Shown here in pieces: positions 10,268 through 18,099 of a stretch of DNA of 64,000 nt. This DNA is from Nitrosopumilus sp. (GTDB lineage: Archaea > Thermoproteota > Nitrososphaeria > Nitrososphaerales > Nitrosopumilaceae). Where the stretch lies: assembly GCA_965219345.1 (NCBI GenBank), contig OZ244732.1, forward strand, positions 1,024,001-1,088,000, written 5' to 3'. The notes under the pieces are model-generated. The model was not told the origin of the DNA, did no database searches, and saw only the letters and a program-made list of their open reading frames with translations. Positions within the stretch are counted from its first letter, which is position 1; every line of letters starts with the position of its first letter. Made by a program: the position numbers and the translations under genes.

Positions 10268-11138
10268 GTTTGCATTCCGTATATTGGCCTGTTCATAGGT
10301 CTCGTTCGTAGTTTGTTTGTGGCAAGAAGCCTCAATCTGCTGCACAATATAGTAACATACTTTTGCTCTTTCTCAGAACCCAAACAATTTCTACCATGTT
10401 TCAGAGATGCGATTGCGGTAGTACCAGAGCCAATGTATGGATCATATACCATGTCTCCTTTATCAGTAAGTGCCAAGACGAGCCTCTCAACCAGTTCAAC
10501 AGGGAATTGTGCAGGATGTGAAGTTTTTTCAACATGGTTGTGTTTTACATTTGGGATTTCCCAGACATCAGATGGATTTTTTCCAAGTGGATTGCAACTT
10601 AGTTCCCCTTTTTTCTTACCTGAAAAATAATGTTTGGATGGATACTTTTGTGGAATGCGTATTGGATCAAGATTGAATGTGTAATTATCAGATTTTGTAA
10701 ACCATAATATTGTTTCATATCTGCCAGAAAGACGCTTTGAGCAATGTAATCCATGTCCAAAATGCCAAATTATCCTATTTCTTAGAAATAAATTCATGTC
10801 AGTAAAAATAGGATACAATACCATGTCCAATGGTGTGATCATTCCATTTTCTACAAAATTACCTACCTGCCAGCAGATCGAACCAGTAATTTTTAATTTC
10901 CTGACACATTCCCGTATTACTAGTTTTTGGTTTTTGATGTATTCATTCAATCCTTGTTTCTTTTCATATTCTTTGCCCAGATTGTATGGTGGTGATGTTA
11001 CAATTAATTGAATTGAATTGTTTGGTATTCTCTTAAGACAGTCTAGACAATCACCTGTGAAGATGGTGTTAGATACAGTTTGTTTGGAAGTATTCTTCCC
11101 CCCCCCTCATTCATTTTGTATTTTGTCGTTTTTTTCAT
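10264..11138 (-). pseudogene. N4/N6 DNA methyltransferase (beta class), out of frame at a G9 tract (possibly phase variable)
   Basis: GDCLDCL...LIVTSPPYN lies upstream of the ORF-track TTG start in the same frame. HPAQFPVEL and DPYIGSGTT lie downstream. ATGs at 11138, 11114 and 11110 are all out of frame across the C9 run at 11098-11106. Confidence 0.85.
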
Positions 11139-11146
11139 TGTATTAA

Positions 11147-11329
11147 TCACTCTTTCTTAGTTATCTTGGCTAACCAAGTTTTACCATCCTTATCTAATTG
11201 CCAGTTGAGATGATCTCCATCCTCTAACCCGATTTGCTGAACTACAAAAACTGGTATTGTGGTTCTCAGTGACTTGCTCTTTGATGTTGCAGGTGTGCAT
11301 ACTGTTTCTGTTCCCTCTAATCTTCCCAT
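11147..11329 (-). CDS. AbrB/MazE/SpoVT-like DNA-binding protein
   Basis: SLRTTIPVFVVQQIGLEDGDHLNW swapped-hairpin signature; divergent from the transposase. Confidence 0.8.
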   Translation of the reverse strand: MGRLEGTETVCTPATSKSKSLRTTIPVFVVQQIGLEDGDHLNWQLDKDGKTWLAKITKKE

Positions 11330-11425
11330 ATAGGTAAATTAATTTAAACATATATTAATTTACCTATATTACAGATTTACCTATATATTTACCAATATTT
11401 ATATATGCAATTAGTTTACCTATAT
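11328..11425. promoter_or_regulatory. Divergent promoter region with 5 copies of TTTACC(T/A)ATAT and TATA box TTTATATA
   Basis: Direct copies at 11359, 11376, 11388 and 11415, an inverted copy at 11328-11338, and TTTATATA at 11398-11405. Confidence 0.7.
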
Positions 11426-11426
11426 T

Positions 11427-11520
11427 ATGAATCAAAGAGAAATGAGGGCAATGATGAGACCTACGACTTCTGACTCTATGATGAGTGAGATGACCTCTGA
11501 GCCCTCATCTTTTGATTCAT
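11427..11520 (+). ncRNA. Box C/D guide sRNA-like element inside the transposon
   Basis: C ATGATGA 11451-57, 12-nt guide, D' CTGA 11470-73, C' ATGATGA 11478-84, 12-nt guide, D CTGA 11497-500. It is closed by ATGAGGGC/GCCCTCAT and ATGAATCAAA/TTTGATTCAT stems with a 3-nt K-turn bulge. Confidence 0.85.
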
Positions 11521-11584
11521 TTGATTCTATATTAATTTTCGAGGTGCAGTATGTATGAACTCCAGAACTTAAAGAGCCAAACAA

Positions 11585-12679
11585 ATGATGGAACTGCCAA
11601 ACTGCGCAGTACAGTTTAGCCCAGAAAAATTTAGCGTGAGATCACAAAGCATGCCACAAATTCACTATATCGTATCAAAGACAGATGGTGGGTTAATTTG
11701 TGATTGTCCAGATCACATCAAAAGAAAATCAGACTGCAAGCACATCAAGATAGTCTTGGAGCTAATCAGGAAAAATCAATGCAAGACTCAAGAGTTTAGA
11801 ATGATGGATAGGTCGAATTTCAATCTATGTAAATTCTGTGACTCTGGCAGACTGAAAAAGGATGGAATTAGAAAAAACAAGAAAGGTGATGTCCAGCAAT
11901 ACAAATGCCAAGACTGTAAAAAGAGATTTGTCTTGAACCTTGGATTTGAGAAAATGCGTTATGATCCTGTCTTAATCACTAGAGCTTTACAAATGTATTT
12001 TTCAGGTATGAGTATCAGGGATATTGCAGATTGCTTTGAGCAGGAAGAAATCAAAGTGTCTTATAGAGCAGTTTATGATTGGATTGACAAATATTCTCAA
12101 ATGGTTACAGATTATGTAAAAGGAATCGTGCCAAGAGTATCTGAAACATGGAGAACAGATGAAATCTTTATGAAAATTAGCGGTGTTCAAAAACTACAGT
12201 ATTCCATGCTTGACCATGAAACTAGATTTATGATTACCCAATTTGTAGCCAATACTAAAGGCACGGAAAATGTCGAGCCAATGTTTAGAGAAGCCATAAT
12301 GATTGCAGATAAAATCCCAACTACATTAATCTCTGATGGTGCAAAGAACTTTCACAAGGCTTGGAAAGATAATTACAAAGCCAAGAATCCATTATGGAAA
12401 GACACGGAACATATACGCCACATTCACATGAAAGGCGATAAAAACAATAATCGCATGGAAAGATTGAATGGGACTATCAGAGATCGTGAAGTTGCATATA
12501 GAGGAATAAAAAAGATGAATAGTCCTCTTTTTAATGGATTCCAAGCATTTTACAATTTCTCAAAAAAACATGGTGGAATTGACAAGAAAACTCCAGCAGA
12601 AAAAGCAGGTATTTTGGTTGATGGAGATAACAAATGGAAGACCTTGATTCAAAATACCTCACTTAGTCAATATCAATAA
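11585..12679 (+). CDS. IS6/IS240-type DDE transposase with N-terminal SWIM and Zn-ribbon
   Basis: CDCPDH...CKH (SWIM), CKFC...CQDC, and the triad WRTDE / LISDG / NNRMERLNGTIRDRE. An upstream in-frame ATG at 11555 with GAGGTG SD is followed by TAA at 11570. Confidence 0.9.
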   Translation: MMELPNCAVQFSPEKFSVRSQSMPQIHYIVSKTDGGLICDCPDHIKRKSDCKHIKIVLELIRKNQCKTQEFRMMDRSNFNLCKFCDSGRLKKDGIRKNKKGDVQQYKCQDCKKRFVLNLGFEKMRYDPVLITRALQMYFSGMSIRDIADCFEQEEIKVSYRAVYDWIDKYSQMVTDYVKGIVPRVSETWRTDEIFMKISGVQKLQYSMLDHETRFMITQFVANTKGTENVEPMFREAIMIADKIPTTLISDGAKNFHKAWKDNYKAKNPLWKDTEHIRHIHMKGDKNNNRMERLNGTIRDREVAYRGIKKMNSPLFNGFQAFYNFSKKHGGIDKKTPAEKAGILVDGDNKWKTLIQNTSLSQYQ

Positions 12680-12921
12680 TCATTATTTTAGGAATCTTTG
12701 TTTTAGAACTTGTAAATTTCAGGCAGATTTTTCAATCTTTAGAAGATCCGCATTTCATGCTAACACACGATAACTTCACAGAACCTAATGATTATGATGT
12801 ATGTAGAGATAGTTTTTGTGATCGCCATCGTATTATAATTTTTATTACTATAATTTGTAATGACTTTAAGAAATGTAAAAACAATTGTGTACTCTAACTT
12901 TTTTTTATTTTCATTACATAT

Positions 12922-13251
12922 ATGAAAATACATATGCTTCTCTTTACTCTTTTGATCATAGTTTTTTTAACTGTAGAAAATGTATTTGCCCAATTAGATG
13001 TAGGTGTAGTTTGTGATTCTGATCAAGATGTTTCAAAATGTTTAGATAATACACCACATGTTTCAATAGATGGAATATCGATCATAGAATTGGTTCCATT
13101 TATTTTACCAGGTTTAATTTTTGTAATTATAGTTATTATTTTAGTCACAGTTATTATTTACAGAAAAAAAAGAATATGTCAGCACAACCCTAACACAACT
13201 TGCGATCTAATATCTGATAGATTTTTGATCGCCATGGTGAAAAGGAGATAG
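12922..13251 (+). CDS. Small secreted/membrane hypothetical protein
   Basis: Signal peptide ending VFA and a second hydrophobic helix followed by RKKR. Confidence 0.55.
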   Translation: MKIHMLLFTLLIIVFLTVENVFAQLDVGVVCDSDQDVSKCLDNTPHVSIDGISIIELVPFILPGLIFVIIVIILVTVIIYRKKRICQHNPNTTCDLISDRFLIAMVKRR

Positions 13252-13453
13252 AGAATATGGCCAATATTATAATTTACATGATATAATGGAAATGCAAGGT
13301 AAGTAAAACATTTGGTAACTTCAGCAGTTTTTGTGATATTACTAGGTTCGTGATTAATTATGGTAAAAATCTAATAATCATCTAAAAATTATATACATTA
13401 TTGTATAGTATCATGTAGTATCAAAAATATTTTACTAATAAATATAATGTATT

Positions 13454-14498
13454 ATGTTAAAAATGAAAAAGACACAACAAATCACTCCAATGAAAATCCA
13501 AATTCAGATTAGTAAGGACAACACTATCTTAGTAGAACTACAGCATATTCCTCTATCAGAAATTCTGTTAGATCCAAAGAATGTTCGATTCAAACATCTC
13601 GATAGAACATTGTCTGATCAAGAAATTGAAAAATGGATTTCTGATGAAGGTGATACCAAAAGTCTAATTTCATGAAATAAGATTCTCAGGAGGATTATCA
13701 GAAAAACCTTTTGTTCAAGATTTAGAAAATGGAAAATTTAAGGCAGTAGAAGGAAATCGAAGAATTGTTTGTTTAAGAAAAATTGCTCAGGAGATTAAAT
13801 CAGGAAAAGAAAAAGAAATTTCTTTAGATATGATTGATTCAGTTCAATGTATAGTAATTCCCAAATCTGTTACGGATAAATCATTAGCTGTTTTTCTTGC
13901 ACGTATTCACGTAAGTGGAAAGAAAGACTGGGCTGCATTAAATCAAAGTGCTCATGTTTATGATCTAATCAGAAAACATGATTTTGACCAAGACGATGTA
14001 GCACATGCAATAAGCATTAGTAAGACCAAAGTGAATAATATGATAAAATCATATGAAGTTACTCTCAAGTATAAAGAGAAATTTCCTGATGATGATTTAT
14101 GGTTAAGGAGATATTCCCATTTTGAAGAGTTGTTCAAGAAAAAAGCTTTGAAAGAATGGGTCAATGATCCGTTGAATTTGGATTTGTTTATGAAATGGAT
14201 TTACAATAATCAATTTCCAATGGCAATCAAAGTTAGAAAGCTTGATGGAATTGTTCAAGATGGTAAAGACGCATACAAAGCTATGAAGAAAGGTGTTACG
14301 ATTGATGAAGCAAATAAAATTTTGCAACAAAATCAAATACAAACATTAACTACAAAAATTGCTAGCGATGTAGAGAATAAAGTCAAAGACTTTCAAGAAC
14401 TCTTACAGAATTTCCCTAGAGGTAAAATGAAAGAATTTTCCAAAGATAAACATAAGATGAAAGAATTCGAAGAGTTGTACGATGACTGGGGGGTATAA
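13454..14498 (+). pseudogene. ParB/Srx-like nuclease-domain protein, frameshifted near 13670
   Basis: LDPKNVRF is in the first frame. After one extra T the frame from 13671 reads HEIRFSGGLSEKPFV...AVEGNRRIVCL and joins ORF 13830-14498. Confidence 0.75.
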
Positions 14499-14938
14499 TT
14501 AAAGATATAAGATTGATGGAAAGTGGTGATTCTAAATAGTTTTTATTCTTTAGAATCTATAAACTTGTATTATTGATATGAAATGATTTTTCTATGTATT
14601 CAAAACAACAAGGAATTATTCATTGAACAGGTAATGAGCTGAAATCAATTTTCAAGGTAGACATTTCTAAAGAATATATTTTCTTTTAAAAGACTTTTTG
14701 GGCTCAATTATATGACAAAACTATACGGGTTTAGAGTATATATAAACAAATTATTTTATGTGTCTATTTATATGATCCAAATTCTTAAATTAGTATCTTG
14801 TAAAAGTATATTTGAAAATTAAATTAAGGTATGGTTTTTACCTCCTTGTTTCTTTTTCATTCAGTGGACTAGGTATAGGTCAAAACTTGCGAGACAACCT
14901 AGTACCATTTTTATTATTAATAATTAGATGATTTTTGG

Positions 14939-15023
14939 GCAGAGATCGCCTAGTTTGGTAGGGCGTTTGACTTATGATCAAATGTTTCGCAAGGACCCGC
15001 GGGTTCAAATCCCATTCTCTGCG
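14939..15023 (+). tRNA. Atypical class II tRNA (Ser/Leu-type body) with TAT (Ile) anticodon; possibly a pseudo-tRNA
   Basis: Acceptor GCAGAGA/TCTCTGC, D arm GCCTAGTTTGGTAGGGC, anticodon arm TTTGA-CTTATGA-TCAAA, long variable arm, GGTTCAAATCC T loop, G discriminator. One T-stem mismatch. Confidence 0.75.
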
Positions 15024-15031
15024 TTTTACGA

Positions 15032-15530
15032 GGTTCTGTGTAATCTTCGGTTCATGGATCTTATTCCAAATTTTCCCTCGGAAGCGAGGCGTTTTGAATT
15101 ACTGTCCTCCACTTGTTAGGACCATCAACCTCAATCATTGAGGCCTGTGCCGGAGTCCTGCCTTTCAAGGCTCCATGCTTTTTTGTGAAATTATAGTAGA
15201 CTCTCATGCCCTCAATGACTGCGGTGTCCATTCTTTTCAAGCCTCTGAATACCTTTTCCCTGTCCCTGATTTCACCGTTCAGCCTTTCCATCTTGTTGTT
15301 GTTCATATCCCCCTTTAGGTGAATGTGTCTCACGTGGTTTGTCTTTTTTCCAAAAACTTTCTTACTTGATTTCATATATGCTGGTAATCCATCAGTAATG
15401 AAATTTTTAGGATTCTTTCCAACTTGAAGCTTGGTCATTAATAATAGATTGTCTGCATTGTGCTGAAATTTAGTACTGGCAATATCTGAAGCCAGCCAGT
15501 AACGTGTATCATCATCCATAGAGGCAAATA
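15032..15530 (-). mobile_element. Truncated IS6-family element (one TIR plus the 3' part of the transposase)
   Basis: TIR GGTTCTGTGTAATCTTCGG at 15032. The ORF contains FITDGL, NNKMERLNGEIRDRE and KWRTVIQNASL. The N-terminal half and the other TIR are missing. Confidence 0.85.
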
Positions 15531-16082
15531 TTGGTCGAAATTCTTTAGAGTCCCTTGATGACACTTCTATTGGATCTAATACTTCCAGTTCAGAAAATAA
15601 TCAAACTACTGAATCATCTTTTACACTTGATATGAATGCCTCTTTTCCTATTATTATAAAAACTAATAATCGTGATTTTGAATGGGATATACAAACCAAT
15701 GAGGATTGGGCGGTAATTGATTCGGTCATCACTTCAATCAAAAAAGGATGGGATGCAAACCTGCCAAAGGAGGATGACAATTAAAGAATAATTTTCTTCA
15801 GAATCGATAAACCATTTTTAGGTGAGTCTAGGCAGGAATCTAAAGTTCGCTAAAAGCCTTTAGATTTTTGTTGAACAAATCATGAGTTGAGCTCATCTAA
15901 AATAGGTCGCATATTCTGGAGGGATTATTCTTTATTTAAATATGCTACTTCTATCTAAATTATACAATCAAATTAGTTAATTCAACTACGATTACTATCA
16001 AAATATTATTATATTTGGTAATCAAAATATTTGGTAATTCAGCCAGATATTATGTAATAACTCTATTATGGATGTGATGTGA

Positions 16083-16490
16083 TTGCTAAAAAAAATAGCT
16101 GCTATTGGAGTAATTGGAATAATAATTCTTGTAATTATTGGAGTATCGTTACCAAATATTACAAGTGATGACACTAAAGAAACGGAGTCGACTGTTACAG
16201 GGGACGTAATAATGCCTACAAAAGTTTCTCGTCCTGGATGTGAAGAGATTGATAGATGTTACATGCCATCTATGATTGTTGTTGATTCAGGAAATCAAGT
16301 TACTTGGGTTAATGAAGATTCAGCCTTTCACAGTGTTACTTCTGGTTTTTATGGTGCACCTACTGAACTTTTTGACAGTGGACATTTAGATCCATTTGAA
16401 TCCTACACTCTTACTTTTGATGAAACAGGAATCTATGATTACCATTGTACGTTACATCCTTGGATGAAAGGACAAGTCATAGTAGAATAA
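16083..16490 (+). CDS. Membrane-anchored plastocyanin/azurin-like blue copper protein
   Basis: N-terminal TM helix; HSVTSG and YHCTLHPWMKG type-1 copper ligands. Confidence 0.9.
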   Translation: MLKKIAAIGVIGIIILVIIGVSLPNITSDDTKETESTVTGDVIMPTKVSRPGCEEIDRCYMPSMIVVDSGNQVTWVNEDSAFHSVTSGFYGAPTELFDSGHLDPFESYTLTFDETGIYDYHCTLHPWMKGQVIVE

Positions 16491-16561
16491 GGTACCCGAG
16501 GGAGTCGAACCCCCTTGTATAGGCTTTGCAGGCCCACGCATAACCGTTCTGCCAGAGTACC
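16490..16561 (-). tRNA. tRNA-Cys (GCA)
   Basis: The minus strand GGTACTCTGGCAGAACGGTTATGCGTGGGCCTGCAAAGCCTATACAAGGGGGTTCGACTCCCTCGGGTACCT folds into a cloverleaf with a U discriminator. Confidence 0.95.
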
Positions 16562-16600
16562 ATTCTCAAAACAACAAAATGAATAATTAAACTCTTCAGA

Positions 16601-16822
16601 TTAGAACTTGTTAAACGGCTTTGAAGCCAATTTAACATCTTCGGCTTTTACAGTTTTTCTTCCTGCATGAGAAGTCATATCAACTGCACTCTTTGCAATA
16701 CTGTCTGCAAGTTCTTCAATTATCCTTCTTAATTCATTTGCTGATTCGTCACTAACCCTCTCGGCTCCTGCCTTTTTCAAAATTCTATACATGGCAGATA
16801 GTCCTAGCTCTGATGATTTCAT
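16601..16822 (-). CDS. Archaeal histone
   Basis: RILKKAGAERVS...HAGRKTVKAEDV histone-fold signature. Confidence 0.95.
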   Translation of the reverse strand: MKSSELGLSAMYRILKKAGAERVSDESANELRRIIEELADSIAKSAVDMTSHAGRKTVKAEDVKLASKPFNKF

Positions 16823-16918
16823 GAATTTTATTTCAGTTTTTTCCGAAAAAAGCTAACGAATGAAAAAATATCACTAAGGAATCGATTTATACAGACTATT
16901 TTAAGAATTGATAAAGAA

Positions 16919-17674
16919 ATGACGTGGTATTTTGATTCTCACATACACTTGTCTGATCCTGCATATTCTTCTGATATGCAGTTTATCCTAAAGGAAATGG
17001 AACATCTGAAAATTAAAGCATGTTGTGTCTCAATGGATAATGAAAATTCTTTACAAACTTTAAAACTGGCAAAAAAAAGCAATCTAGTTTTACCCTTCAT
17101 CGGAATTCATCCTGAATGTGTACACAACGAACTTGAACAAATGACAAATATGATAGAAGAGAACTACCAAAATCTTTCTGGAATAGGAGAAATAGGACTA
17201 GATCCAACTTTTGTCAACAGTGACGAAGATTCTAAAAGACAAATTCATGTTTTTGAAACATTATTGTCACTTGCAGAAAAATTCAACAAGCCAGTTTCTA
17301 TTCATTCAAGAAAAAGCATTGATGATGTCTTTCAAATAATGACTTCCTATGACACTGAACATGCTTTACTCCACTGGTTTGACGGTAGTAAAAAACAACT
17401 TCAAAAAGCCATGGATATGGGATTTTTTGTGTCATACGGACCTGTAACGGTCTATGCAAATGACAAGCAGACATTACTGTCTAAAACAGATGAATCGAAA
17501 ATTCTTGTTGAAACTGATGGTCCTGTAAGATTTTCTAGGTGTTTTGAAATGAAATCTGGACAAATTAGCTTTATTCCTAGCGTAATTTTTTGTGCTTCAA
17601 AAATTCTAAGAAAAACGTTTGATGAAATGACATCCTTATTAGAAAACAACTCAAAATCATTCCTTGGAATATAG
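16919..17674 (+). CDS. tatD: TatD family deoxyribonuclease
   Basis: DSHIH, GIHP, GEIGLD, IHSR and ETD motifs. Confidence 0.9.
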   Translation: MTWYFDSHIHLSDPAYSSDMQFILKEMEHLKIKACCVSMDNENSLQTLKLAKKSNLVLPFIGIHPECVHNELEQMTNMIEENYQNLSGIGEIGLDPTFVNSDEDSKRQIHVFETLLSLAEKFNKPVSIHSRKSIDDVFQIMTSYDTEHALLHWFDGSKKQLQKAMDMGFFVSYGPVTVYANDKQTLLSKTDESKILVETDGPVRFSRCFEMKSGQISFIPSVIFCASKILRKTFDEMTSLLENNSKSFLGI

Positions 17675-17705
17675 GTATAAAACACCCTCATTCATCAGAC
17701 CAAGA

Positions 17706-18059
17706 GTGGATAGAATAAAACGTATTTCATATGAGGTTCTAGACAAACACAAATCTAGGTTTGGCGAAGATTTTGCTGATAATAAAAAAATTTTAGATGA
17801 AGTTTCTATCGTACGTTCTAAAGGCCTAAAAAACAAAATAGCAGGATATATCACTAAATTTATCAAAAAAGAGATTCGTGAAGAAAAAGCCAAACAAACA
17901 CAAATTGCATCCTCACAATCTGAGGAACCCATAGAGGCACAGGTTCAACCAGAAACTCCTGAATCTGCCCCTGCTTCTGAAGAAACTCCATCTGAAACCG
18001 TTCCAGAAACAACTCCTGTAAAAGAAACGAATGAAACTACAGAAGAGAAAACTGAATAA
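17706..18059 (+). CDS. rps17e: 30S ribosomal protein S17e with acidic tail
   Basis: FGEDFADNKKIL...SKGLKNKIAGYIT; GTG start at 17706 preferred. Confidence 0.9.
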   Translation: MDRIKRISYEVLDKHKSRFGEDFADNKKILDEVSIVRSKGLKNKIAGYITKFIKKEIREEKAKQTQIASSQSEEPIEAQVQPETPESAPASEETPSETVPETTPVKETNETTEEKTE

Positions 18060-18099
18060 TAAATAAGATATTAATTTTCCAAATTTAGAATTAGACAGT

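Larger units (their letters stand above)
9406..12785 (+). mobile_element. IS6-family cargo transposon (3380 bp) carrying an R-M system, AbrB regulator, C/D sRNA and transposase
   Basis: Perfect 45-bp TIRs (9406-9450 and 12741-12785) starting GGTTCTGT, as in IS6-family ends. Flanking direct repeat TAATGAT at 9399-9405 and 12786-12792. A DDE transposase lies inside. Confidence 0.95.

Noticed and set aside
10268-10345. N-terminal extension of the restriction endonuclease
   Set aside because: It overlaps the MTase C-terminus; the ATGA overlap at 10267 is the better start.
11462-11469. D' guide targeting 16S rRNA AAGUCGUA (1492 region)
   Set aside because: Only 8 nt pair; the remaining four guide bases mismatch the conserved ACAA.
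11427-11520. C/D element as a TIGR array
   Set aside because: There is a single unit with 12-nt guides and no Nop-domain Tas gene in the element; it fits a classical archaeal sRNA better.
14928-15119. 63-aa ORF
   Set aside because: It overlaps the tRNA-like gene and an IS end; spurious.
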